This document shows positions 27,451 through 39,614 of a stretch of 64,000 nucleotides of DNA, piece after piece (within the stretch, counting starts at the first letter, position 1; every line of letters begins with the position of its first letter). The stretch is taken from NCBI GenBank assembly GCA_951406725.2, contig OX597832.1, positions 23,622,001 to 23,686,000 of the forward strand, given 5' to 3'. The position numbers and the translations under genes were made by a program. The notes below the pieces were generated by a model. That model was not told where the DNA came from. It saw nothing but the letters and a program-made list of their open reading frames with translations, and ran no database searches. This stretch comes from Octopus vulgaris. Lineage: Eukaryota.

Positions 27451-28364
27451 TTCCGCCGAGGTCGACTTTGCCTTTCATCCGTTCGGGGTCGATAAATTAA
27501 GTACCAGTTACGCACTGGGGTTGATATAATCGACGTAATCCCTTTGTCTGTCCTTGTTTGTCCCCTCTGTGTTTATCCCCTTGTGGGTAGTAAAGAAATA
27601 TATATTTTATTCCTATCATTTTTAGCAACCTCGATGACGCAGACACTAACGAATATTTTTCACGCGATTCTTGAACGCTTTTTCTTTTCATACTTCCATA
27701 TATTTAGCGGAAGACTACTGTGAGGATTGTACAATAGATTTTCAATGCAAAGTCTGCTGTACATAATACACGTCTTTGTGTTTTCTTCCGACTCGTTGCA
27801 GCTGTGTGACATCGTGACAACTTGAAAAAATTTGTAACGAGTTTTGACTAATTTTTGTTAATTCATTTCATTACATTCAGAAATTACTACACTTGTCTCA
27901 TCTCCACGTATCACATTTCACTTGTTACTTATATGTGTGTGTGACCGCTTGACAGCCGGTGTTGCTTTGTTTACGTCTCCAGTGACCGATAAATAAGAAC
28001 CGGTCTTCAAAAATAAGTACTGGGGTCGATTTATTCGACTTAAACCCTTCGAAGTAGCACCCCACGATGGGAGCAGTCCAAGAACCTAAACAGGTAAAGC
28101 ATAAGAAATACACGAGAAATGCACAGATATCACAGCGATATAGCTTTTCATTTTGTCCTTTCTTTAAATGTTCTTGGAATTTTAGCAAGAATGGGTTAAG
28201 TAATGAGAAATCTGCGCTGTCACCTTCTCAGAATCATTACAGCTGAGCAACAGTAATAGAGGTTTCGAAGCAGAAAAGTTCTTCAGATCGGAATGGGTGG
28301 ACTAAGCAGTTCTGTACAATTCCTGAATCACGAAAGCTTACCTTAGTAATAAAGGTTTCGAGAC

Positions 28365-28672
28365 TCTCTCTCTCTGTAACCGCTCAGTCGAAGTCGACTC
28401 TCGGTCACTCTTTGGATCAGTGTCCTCCAGTCAGTTCTATCCTGAGCCGCTTCATTCAGACCGGCCATGTCCATTCCGGTATCACTCCTGATGGTGTCAA
28501 GCCAGCAGGTTCTTGGTCGGCCTCCTCCTCTCTTGCCACTGACCATTCCGAGCATGATATCCTTCTCCATGGATTCTCTCCGCATAATATGACAGAAATA
28601 TGCCAATCTACGCTTGGTGATCCCAGCTTCTAGCGACATTTTTGGCCTGATCTGCTTAAGAACTTCTCCATT
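28365..28672 (-). mobile_element. 5'-truncated RTE (BovB-like) LINE 3' end with 11-bp TSD
   Basis: Translation EVLKQIRPKMSLEAGITKRRLAYFCHIMRRESMEKDIMLGMVSGKRGGGRPRTCWLDTIR...AQDRTDWR. GGTTTCGAGAC is duplicated at 28354-28364 and 28673-28683. Confidence 0.9.
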
Positions 28673-29999
28673 GGTTTCGAGACAAAGGAAGAAACTGTTC
28701 GTACCGAAATTCCACTAACCCTGACTGGAAATGATTATACAGACAATTGTTTATGAGGTTTGAATTTACATAAACAAAATGCCTGATTGAAGTAAATTTC
28801 AAATATAATAACAAACTGTTTCCATTTTGACACGAAAAGTTGGCAATTGTATTAAAGGCAATGTTAATCAGGCTGGAATAAAACGAAAGCTCATCAAATC
28901 GTAGAACGTAAATTGTAATATCAAACGATTCGAGAATATTATAAATAGCTTTTTATTCATGCGCATAGAAATTTCTGCTTTAATGACCAATAAAAATAGA
29001 CATGTATTAGTTGGTTTAACTGCCAATGAAAAGATAGTCCAGTCAATAGAGAATAAAGCAGAAGATCTACTCAAATTATTGCTATCAGTCAAATTTATAG
29101 ATATACTTTTGTTGGTCGATACGAATTTATTACGCCCGGTGGTATGTTAGTTTTTTTTCTATATCATTTATGCTTTGCGGCATAGAAAATTGTCAAGCTA
29201 CGAGACAAATCATCAGTCTCTGGCTTGTTTTTGTATTTGTTCTTCAAATTATAACTCTATAATTTCCCAAGAGTTCAGGACAGATTTTCTGAAAGTATAA
29301 CTGGAATAAAGTGATAAGTCTGATTACAAAACAAACAAGATGCTGAAAATAACTTGGTTTGTTCAATATTTAAATATATAACTTTATTATCAAAGTTAAT
29401 TCTGGAGAAGATACACGGTGTAGAGAGTTATAACCTCCCATAGGACTTAACGGATAATTCATCGACAATATATTTTGCAGTTTAATTGTAAACTACTTTA
29501 AAAATGTGCAATTACCACCGATATTTATTTCTTTGCTGCCCACAAGGGGCTATACACAGAGGGGACAAACAAGGACAGACAAACGGATTTAGTGGATCAT
29601 ATCGACCCCAGTGCATAACTGGTACTTATTTAATCGACCCCGAGAGGATGAAAGGCAAAGTCGACCCCAGCGGAATTTGAACTCAGAACGTAACGGCACA
29701 CGAAATACGGCTACGCATTTCGCCCGGCGTGCTAACGATTCTGCCGTGCGGTGTGGTTGTGTGATAAACAAGTTCGCTTCTGTACCACGTGGTTTTGAAG
29801 TCAGCCCTACCACGTGGTTTTGGAGTCAGTCCGACTGTGTGGCACTCTGGGTTTACTCTACCGCAACGAATCATCAGAAGGGAGGTTGCATACATATTCG
29901 AAAAAGATCTTGCGTAGCTATATTCCCAGGAATTACTGCATCATTTACAACCAGAATCTATCCTGAAATAACAACTGGGATATTAGCATTTGCTTTCTA

Positions 30000-30617
30000 G
30001 GACGTGCTTTTGTAATACAGGAACAGGAAATAGCCACGAAATACCTGAGGCACAAAACGAATAGAAATGTAGATAAACCATCAAAATGCAAAAACCGAGG
30101 CAGGTTTTGTGTTTTGTAATTTGTAGCAATAACACTGAGAATGTCAGTAGTACCATTAAGTAGCTGCCTGAAAATGCCTTCATGGTAATATATACCCAGA
30201 AGATATGTTATGGCTAAAATACTATATAATGAAATCCATAGGAAGGATAATCCTAAGACATGTAAAGAGCTACAGTGGCGTAGAAGATATAACCACACAT
30301 GATTTGAAAGAATATGCGAACACAACAGACTGGATATAATGATCTAGGACAGAGGAAAGAAAATTTAGCAGTTAAAACTGTTGCACGACAGATGTCAACG
30401 TAAGTGTTAAATGTTAGCGAAAGAGAAAACATTTACGCCAACCTAATGGAAAAACCGAAGATACTCGATCTGGGTTATAGCTTTAGATTTTTACCAATAA
30501 TTATTGAAGCACTTGGCTACGTGACTAACAGCTTTACTGCTAATGCTTAGAGAAGCTGAGATTCAGAAAACCAGAAAGAAAACGCCTAATCAAATGAATA
30601 CAGCTAGAGGCTGTCGA
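30000..30617 (+). mobile_element. Decayed C-terminus of an R4/Dong-like LINE with restriction-like endonuclease
   Basis: Broken frames give QEQEIATKYLRHK, a degenerate zinc-knuckle region (GRFC...SSCLKM), MAKILYNEIHRKDNP, EHNRLDIMI (PD-like motif), EKENIY and FRFLPIIIEALGYV. This is the motif order of R2/R4-group C-termini. Confidence 0.7.
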
Positions 30618-30660
30618 ATGTATATTTGTATATACTTGTGTGTGTGCGTGTGTGTGTGTG

Positions 30661-30748
<88 letters not shown>

Positions 30749-31186
30749 GTGTGTGTGTGGGGGGGTGTTTGTGTGTGTGTGTGTGTGTGTGTGCGTGTAT
30801 GTGTGTGTGTGAGAGAGTGTGCGTGCGTGTGTGTGTGTGTGTGTGAGTGTGTGTGTGTGCGTGTGTGTGCGTACGTGTGTGTGTGGAGGTGCATGACCTA
30901 GTGGTTAGGGCGTTGCACACACGATCGTGAAGTCGAGGTTTCAATTCCTAGACCAGGTAGTGCGTTGTGCACGTGATCAAAACACTTCATGCTGCATTGC
31001 GCTGTGATCACTCCGACATCTGTCGTGGAGTACGCCTTGCCCCACGGCTGATGTCGATTTGATGGAAGGAGTGAGTTAATGTACATCACATACATTTGAT
31101 CCCTACAAATAAATCATTTGTACAGCTCCTTTGCCAAAATCTGGACATTCATACGTCGCCTTCGACGGGAGACTCCATCACATATA

Positions 31187-31752
31187 TTGGGTTGTCCGGA
31201 AAGTTCGTGCCGATTTTTAAAGGAAAGCAAAAGGTCAATAAATACTTGCCATTGCATTTTTAATCAACCAAATATCAACCATTTCGTTGCACAATGCGTT
31301 TCCTTCTTTCCTTTAACTTGAAAATACCCTTTTCCTGAATTGAGGTGGTTTCATGGCAAAGAATTCATCAAGGTATCTTTTTTACGTCATCCAAGGAATT
31401 GAAATTTTTACCATTAAGACTATTCTGCAGAGACCTGAATAAGTGGAAATCCGAAGGAGCAATATCTGGTGAATATGGAGGGTACGGTAACATGTCCCAG
31501 CCGAACTGCAGCAATTTTTTTCTGGTTCCCAAAGCATCAAGTGCCGAAAATTAACTTTCTTATCTACCATTTTAAAGGGTTACAGAATTAACACAGGTTA
31601 TGGGAACATAAACCTTCTTCCACGAAATGATAGCTTAAACTGTGCTCTAAATGGAGGTGTAGTCAAATCTTATTTTATGGACTCAATCTTGTTTTAAAAC
31701 AAGTCGAAAGGTAAGCTACTATAAATCGGCACGAACTTCCCGGACAACCCAA
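31187..31752 (-). mobile_element. Internally deleted mariner element with both TIRs
   Basis: About 30-bp TIRs TTGGGTTGTCCGGAAAGTTCGTGCCGATTT and AAATCGGCACGAACTTCCCGGACAACCCAA, with a left TA. The interior minus strand encodes KKLLQFGWDMLPYPPYSPDIAPSDFHLFRSLQNSLNGKNF (YSPDxAPSD motif). Confidence 0.92.
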
Positions 31753-32143
31753 TGCATAGATACACACACACATACACGCACATACACACACAAATATATA
31801 CACACGTGCATACACACATATACCGACATATATATACAAAACTATATTAAAAACAATAAATGTGTCAGTGGAGTTAAAGGCCATTGTGTGCCTGAATGAC
31901 AAACTTGTGTTTTCCACGTTGCTACCGTGTTAGTTTCAACACACGATCTCAAACCAAAATACATGCCATGAAATACATCACTGAAATGTATGTATGTATG
32001 TGTGTGTGTGTGTGTGTACGCGTGACTGTGTGTGTGTAGGTATGTGTGCGCATGTGTGTGCGTGTCTGTCTGTATGCGTGTGTGTGCGTGTCTGTCTGTA
32101 TGCGTGTGTGTGCGTGTGCCTATGTGTTTATTCGCGTGCGTGT

Positions 32144-32179
<36 letters not shown>

Positions 32180-32193
32180 ATATATATATATGT

Positions 32194-32255
<62 letters not shown>

Positions 32256-33239
32256 ATATAATATGTATAAAACACCAGGCGTGTTAAAAAAAGGCTGTCT
32301 GAGATGTTTTCATCGCAGGATACTATTTTTAGCTCATAAAAATCATAGTGTCTATAAAATAATATTTATCTCTCAATAGATGGAGTACTTGTTCGTTTTT
32401 TTGTCGATCGGAACAGTACAATATATATATATATATATATATATATACCTACTTACATATATATATATATAAACACACACACAGAGGAATGGATGAGGAG
32501 AGACAGAGCGCGGGTAGGTAGAGAGTTAATGCATTAAAAACACATATACATGCATACGTGCATTCATACATAGATGTGCATGTAAGCGTAATTATTCGCA
32601 TACAGGCAGAAAACGCTTTATATATACAAAAATAGAATTGTTTTGTATTCAACGATGTTATGTAATGCAGTTGTTTTGTTGCGAGTGCATGGTTAGCCGG
32701 GGGGGAAAAGCATCGTAGTTCCATACTCAACATAACACTTGCAGTCATGTTATGTTATCCAAAATATATGTTTGCAATTGAATTCACTAATTTCATTGTT
32801 CGTTAGTTGGGTTTTTCACGAAATTTAAACGTAGTTGCCTGATATTGATAACAAGAGGTAATTTAAGTATTTTTTCTCTCTCTCTCTCTCTTTTCTTTTT
32901 TTTTTTTTCTCGGAATATCACATGCTTTAGATTAGGTTTCGAGTGATTGTTGTTGATCACATCATAACTATGGTTGAATTTCTTCGACTGAAAACAGGCA
33001 CGGTGCAATGCTTCGCTGCAAGTAGCGAGAATGGTTTGTAATTGATACAAAATGAATCACGCAAACTTAACAGATTTTTCAGCTGAATTCCAAATTAATC
33101 TAAAAACGCCTACGGCAATAAAAGCAGAAAAGATCATTCTCAAATTCCTTACTTGAAAAAAATCATCGGTGCACTCAATACCACGAAATTAGGTGCATTA
33201 CAAAATTTAATTGTATTTCTGTATTATTACTGTATTGCT

Positions 33240-33960
33240 GAGTGCTATTTCGACTGTTGTTACGTTCTGAGTTCAAATTCCGCGGATGTCGACTTTAGCT
33301 TTCATCCTTTCGGGGTCGATAAATTAAGTACCAGTTGCGTACTAGGCTCGATCTAATCGACTGGGCCCCTCCCCAAAAATTTCGAGCATTGTGCATAGAG
33401 TAGAAAAGATGATTATTGTATTGCTTGGCGGTATTTCGCCCGTCTTTACGATCTGAGTTCAAATTCCGCGGATGTCGACTTTAGCTTTCATCCTTTCGGG
33501 GTCGATAAATAAGTACCAGCTGCGTACTGGAGTCGATCTAGTCGATTGGGCCCCCTCCCCAAAAATTTCGAGCCTTGTGCATAGAGTAGAAAAGATGATT
33601 ATTGTATTGCTTGGCAGTATTTCGCCCGTCTTTACGATCTGAGTTCAAATTCCGCGGATGTCGACTTTAGCTTTCATCCTTTCGGGGTCGATAAATAAGT
33701 AACAGTTGCGTACTGGGGTCGATCTAGTCGATTGGACCCCTACCCAAAAATTTCGTGCCTTGTGCCTAGAGGAGAAAGGATTATTATTGTATTGCTTAGT
33801 GATATTTTGTCTGCCGCTACGTTCTGAGTTCAAATTCCGCGGATGTCGACTTTTCTTTTCATCCTTTCGGGGTCGATAAATTAAGTACCAGTTGCGTACT
33901 GGGGTCGAGCTAATCGACTGGCCCCTCTCCCCCCAAATTTCTATAATAGAAAGGATTATT
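33240..33960 (+). repeat. Tandem array of four SINE group B units (about 190-bp period)
   Basis: Four copies of TCTGAGTTCAAATTCCGCGGATGTCGACTTT...GGGGTCGATAAAT, all sharing the private variant GCGGATGTC. Confidence 0.92.
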
Positions 33961-34938
33961 GTATTATGTCATATTAAGGATTACTGTTTGTAATGTTCGT
34001 AATCTTTTATCTTATATCTTCCATTTGCTTCAGTCATGAAACTGCGACCATGCTGGGGCAACGCCTAGAAGAATTTTTTGGTCGAATGAATAAGTACCCG
34101 AGGTGCTTATTTTATAAAGGCTTTTACTTATAAGTTACGGCGACGTAACCACACCAGCACAAGTTGTCAAGTGGTAGTGGGGGGACAAACACATACACAA
34201 ACACACATACACACACACAAATATAAATGTATGTATGTATGTATATGTAGGTAGATATACAGACAGACAGATGCATAGATAGATATATACATACATATAT
34301 GTAAGGGCTTTATTCAGTTTCTATCTACCAAATCCACTCACATGGCTTTGGTTGGCCCTGAGGCTATAGTAGAAAACATTTGCCGGCCAGGGGCCACGTA
34401 GTGGACTTGAACCCGGAACCAGGTAGTTGGGAAGCAAGCTTCTTACCACACAGGCACCTCTCTGCCCGTAAACGTAAAATTAGTTCGAAGTGAAAATTGA
34501 ACATTTAGCCGTAGGATTCCTCGACATTCTTACAAATTTCTGGATCATTATCGAGGAAATGTCTTTTTCTCTTCGTCTTTTTGGGGTTTTTTTAAATAAT
34601 TTCTTAGCTTATATTTCTTATTCGTTTATTTATTTATTTATTTATTTCAATTGTTACTGTTTACAAATAAACGCGAATTTGAAACAGCCTTACATTAGAA
34701 AAACTGCTGCGTATAACATTCAAAATGTCTATAAACACATGGTATGGCGTTAGCTGCAATATTTTCGGTTCAGTGGGTAACAAAGAAATAAATATTTTTG
34801 GCTCAGAGAAAATTTTCCAGAAGGGTTTTCTGTGTTAAAAAGGAAAAAAGAACGAGATTATTGTTATTATTATCATCGTCGTCGTCATCTTCGTCGTCGG
34901 TGACGTCATCATCATCATCATAATCATTATTATTATTA

Positions 34939-35151
34939 AAGCGGCGAGCTGGCAGAAACCTTAGCACGCCGGGCGAAATGCGTAGCCGTATTTCGTCCGC
35001 CGCTACGTTCTGAGTTCAAATTCCACCGAGGTCGACTCTGCCTTTCATCCTTTCGGGGTCGATTAAATAAGTACCAGTAAAACACTGGGGTTGATGTAAT
35101 CGACTAGTCTCCTCCTACCAAATTTCAAGCCTTGTGCCTATAGTAGAAAGG

Positions 35152-35155
<4 letters not shown>
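34939..35155 (+). mobile_element. tRNA-type SINE group B with a MetaSINE-like central domain
   Basis: Head GCGGCGAGCTGGCAGAAAC, B box GAGTTCAAATTCC and central GCCTTTCATCCTTTCGGGGTCGAT...AAGTACCAG. Other copies lie at about 12485-12590, 14541-14763, 19910-20245, 27451-27600, 29523-29745, 39985-40165, 41101-41443, 46735-46935, 55362-55595 and 60910-61107. Confidence 0.88.
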
Positions 35156-35232
<77 letters not shown>

Positions 35233-35787
35233 GAGTGAGAGAGCAGTTCATGCCATCAAAGTGACACTGGGGTAAAATATACGAAGTCCAATATACCCAT
35301 CATGACTACCCGTCTGATAAAGGTACACCAGGCACATGCATCACAACCATATGTGCGCGACATGGTGATCTCATATCAAGATAAACAGCACATGACCTTG
35401 CAGGTGGGGCCCAGTTAGAATTTTCTTCAGGTTGAGTAGCCCATCCCGCTCAAACGGTCCCTGAATAAGGGTTGTTTAAGGATGTTGAAAGAACCACCCA
35501 TGTTTCCAGAGGTGAACTATTCAAACCCCAAAGAATCCCTCTCAACACATGGCTATGATGCTCGCCCACTACTTCTGCTCGTGATCAGAGATGCACATAT
35601 CGTCAGCCACTAAGGGACATGCTCAACTGGTTAAGGTCAAACAACTGACAAACAAATCTGTGGTATTGAGCAGAATATTTGCTGTAGCCCATCTTTTATA
35701 CCAAGACAAAACAATGTACATGATAACACTTCCAATCAGTTAAGATCAGAAGCCATGAGAGCCACTGTCTGGTACTTGCATCAGGGC
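35233..35787 (-). mobile_element. About 555-bp non-coding interspersed element inserted in (AAT)n, with a second truncated copy at 35866-36057
   Basis: Both ends abut (ATT)n. The first approximately 190 bp are repeated at 35866-36057, and a short inverted end lies at about 36112-36138. The strand is inferred from the truncation pattern. Confidence 0.7.
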
Positions 35788-35803
35788 ATTATTATTATTA
35801 TTA

Positions 35804-35852
<49 letters not shown>

Positions 35853-36057
35853 CATTATTATTATTGAGTGAGAGAGCAGTGCATGCCATCAATGTGACAC
35901 TGGGGTAAAATATACGAAGCCCAGTATTACCCATCATGACTACCCGTCTGATAAGGGTACACCAGACACATGCATCACAACCACATGTGCGTGACATAGT
36001 GATCTCATATCAAGATAAACAGCGCATGACCTTCCAGGTGGGGGCCCAGTGAGAATT

Positions 36058-36089
<32 letters not shown>

Positions 36090-36297
36090 TATTATTATTA
36101 TTATTATTATTTGATGGCATGCACTGCTCTCTCACTCAACAACACAACAACAACAACAACGACGACAACAACAACAATAATAATTATTATTATTATTATT
36201 ATTATTATCATTATTATTATTATTATTACATGTAACTATTATTTCTTCATTTAAATTTAAATATTTATATGAAATAGCAAAACAATGACTCTTTTTT

Positions 36298-36338
<41 letters not shown>

Positions 36339-36829
36339 AGCTGACAGGCAGACAAACAGAGACTTTAGATGAAAGGTGGAGATAACCGGGGAAACGAAAG
36401 AAAGCAAAGAGAAAAAAACGAAAAGCATAGAGAATGTAAAGAACGCTGAAATAGTGAGATTATAAACTTAATTATAGTTTATTGGGAAATAAAAGCTGCC
36501 CTCAATGCTTCAACCGACTCGTTTTATTCATTTATTTATTTATTTATAATTTTATTTATTCGTCCATTTTTAATTTCATTATGATCCATGGCGAGCAAAA
36601 CAAATGATAAAACCGCCATTTTGTGTTTTTTTTTTCTTAATCCTGGTTTTGGTGTCTTACTTTAGCAAAAGATCAAAGGAAAACCAATAAAATGGATCTT
36701 TTTGGGTGATGTCGACATTATTTCTTTTAGCCGGGACGTAAGTATTCATTACATTTTAATCAAATCAACGGTTTTGATGCGTGGCTGTTCATAATTTCTT
36801 TTCTTAGTTTTCAGACATGGGCATAATTT

Positions 36830-37193
36830 TATTTTCCATTATATTAGTCCCACAATCTCTCTCTCTCTGTCTCTCTCTCTCATTCTCTTTCTCTCTCTCT
36901 CTCTCTCACACACATACACACTCTCTCTCTCTCTCTCAGTCGCTTGCTAACACCCTTTCTCCCTCCCTCTCTCTTTTATTTTCCATTCTATTAGTCCCAC
37001 AATCTCTCTGTGTGTGTCTCTCTCTCATTCACTTTCTTTCTCTCTCTCTCTCTCTCTCTCTCAGTCGCTTGCTAACACCCTTTCTCCCTCCCCCTCTCTT
37101 TCTATCGTTGGCTTAAACTCGCTCTCTCTTTCTTCCTGTCTCTCAGTCGTTCGCTCTTTCTTTCTTTCTCACTATTTCTCTTCCACTCTCTCT

Positions 37194-37239
<46 letters not shown>

Positions 37240-37330
37240 AGCCGCTTGCTAACACCCTTTCTCCCTCCCCCTCTCTTTCTATCGTTGGCTTAAACTCGTT
37301 CTCTCTTTCTTCCTGTCTCTCAGTCGTTCG

Positions 37331-37386
<56 letters not shown>

Positions 37387-37557
37387 TTCTCAGCCGCTTG
37401 CTAACACCCTTTCTCCCTCCCTCTCTCTTTCTATCGTTGGCTTAAACTTGCTCTCTCTTTCTTCCTGTCTCTCAGTCGTTCGCTCTCTCTTTCTTTCTCA
37501 CTGTTTCTTTTCCACTCTCTCTCTCTTTCTCTCTCTCTTTCTTTCTCTCTCTTTCTT

Positions 37558-37598
<41 letters not shown>

Positions 37599-37659
37599 CT
37601 TGCTTTCGAGGTCTCTAATTTAATCCCCTCTTTCCCTCTCTTATATCACTCCCTTATCT

Positions 37660-37692
<33 letters not shown>

Positions 37693-37990
37693 GGACTCTT
37701 TCTCTCTTGGTCTCTTTCGCTCTCTATCTCTTTCTCTCTCTCTCTCTAGCTCAGACTTTTCTCTCTCTTTCTCTCTCTTTCTCTCTCTCTCTCTCGCTCA
37801 GACTTTTTCTCTCTCTTTCTCGCTTGCTTTCGCGGTCTCTAATTTAATCCCCTCTTTCCCTCGCTTATATCTTTCTCCTTCTCTCTCTCTCTCTCTCTCT
37901 TTCTCTTTACCTATCTATCTTTCATTCTCTCCTTATTCCCTTAATTCCATCTCTCAACCTTTCTCTCCATTTCTATCTATTTCTATCAAT
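36830..37990 (+). repeat. About 1.1-kb polypyrimidine (CT)n region with embedded tandem units of about 150-175 bp
   Basis: Three copies of CAG(T/C)CGCTTGCTAACACCCTTTCTCCCTCCC...CTATCGTTGGCTTAAACT... at about 37062, 37238 and 37391, plus a partial copy at about 36937. Confidence 0.9.
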
Positions 37991-38502
37991 TTCCTTGTCT
38001 TTTTATCTTTTTAATTTTATTTTTGCATTTTTCTTCTTTTTCCTTTTCTTTTTTCTCGTTTTCCTGCCCCTCCCCCCTCCCCCCACACACATTTCGATGC
38101 ATGAAATTCCATTCTCTTTGCATATAACCTTCCGAAACAAAATTTCCAAAATGCATAAAAAAATAATCCTTCGTATAAATCTCTTGAACGGAAAACGGTG
38201 GGATTTTCTCGTTTGCGTATGCAAGTGTGTCAATGTATCTATATGTATTTCCTTTCTGTGTGTATGCAGGCGCGCGTGTGTGTGCACATAAATGTGTGTG
38301 TGAGAGAGCGTGTGTTTGTGTGTGACTGTGTGTGCGTGTTTGTGTGTACACGCGTGTTTGGGCTTGTGTGTCTGTGTCTGTTTCGTTTGGCTTTTTCTCC
38401 ATGTTATTAGGCAATCAGAAATGTCTAACTGTGACATCTGACAACTTGCGTAACACATTAAAAGACAGACGGTATATCTGAGACGATATGGAATATCATT
38501 AT

Positions 38503-38890
38503 ACTCTTTTACTCTTTTACTTGTTTCAGTCATTTGACTGCGGCCATGCTGGAGCACCGCCTTTAGTCGAGCAAATCGACCCCGGGACTTATTCTTTTGT
38601 AAGCCCAGTACTTATTCTATCGGTCTCTTTTTGCCGAATCGCTAAGTGACGGGGACGTAAACACACCAGCATCAGTTGTCAAGCAATGCTAGGGGGACAA
38701 ACACAGACACACATATATATATATACATATATACGACAGGCTTCTTTCAGTCTCCGTCTACCAAATCCACTCACAAGGCATTGGTCGGCCCGGGGCTATA
38801 GCAGAAGACACTTGCCCAAGGTGCCACGCAGTGGGACTGAACCCAGAACCATGTGGCTGGTAAGCAAGCTACGTACCATACAGCCACCCT
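38503..38890 (-). mobile_element. SINE group A, near full-length copy
   Basis: Reverse-complement match to 59475-59890. Confidence 0.9.
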
Positions 38891-39305
38891 GCTAAATTGC
38901 TAAATTTTTATAAATATGCGTCTGCTCTAGCGACGGAAAGTGATGATGTGTACAAATCAAGCTTCCGACGACTCGAGTCCATAAAACTGGTTTCAATTTG
39001 TTCTCTGTTCATGTCACTTCTGCAGGACGGCCAGAAGGGGCAGTAAGTGACAGTACCACTCTACCTTCCAGGCCCAGCTAGTAACAAAACCAAAGATTTA
39101 AAAAACCTATAATCAAAGACGTACGTGTCTTTATCATTCGTGTTCCTTCAGACGCAGTCTATCAAGGGATACCTTATCCGATGTATGCTTCCTTTCTAAT
39201 ATAACTTACTAAATTGTCGTCTGCTCTAGCGACGGAAAGTGATGATGTGTACAAGTCAAGCATCCGGCGACTCGAGTCCAGTAACGGCTTTCCTCAGAGT
39301 TTTGG

Positions 39306-39614
39306 TAGCAAGTGACCTGATATGAGATTGTGTGCTGGAACGAAAACAATTGCAGCGTGGAAGGTGTTTATAAACCATTTAAGAAACACACAAAAACCGT
39401 TAGATTCACTTCAACATTTCAATTTGATGCAGCACGAAGTTGTGTCAGTGAACAGGTCGCGGTCTCAAAGCGACGAAAATATTTTGACAAATTAAATTTA
39501 AATGTTGAAGTGAATCTAACGGTTTTTGTGTGTTTCTTAAATGGCTTACAAACAACCTTCCACGCTGCAATTGTTTTCGTTCCAGCACACGATCTCAGAA
39601 CAGGTCACTTGCTA
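39306..39614. mobile_element. Foldback/MITE-like element with about 115-bp imperfect inverted arms
   Basis: TAGCAAGTGACCTG...TCAACATTT is mirrored by AAATGTTGA...CAGGTCACTTGCTA, with a spacer of about 65-70 nt. Confidence 0.85.

Noticed and set aside
28100-28188. EKLYRCDIC resembling a C2H2 zinc-finger linker
   Set aside because: No following F/L/HxxxH residues, the frame runs into SINE sequence, and it is a single isolated match.
34939-35030. A/B-box sequences as tRNA genes
   Set aside because: They are SINE heads with no cloverleaf and are followed by SINE body.
39238-39320. GTGATGA ... CTGA resembling a C/D box snoRNA
   Set aside because: The CTGA belongs to the adjacent foldback element, there is no terminal stem, and the other copy of the repeat lacks it.
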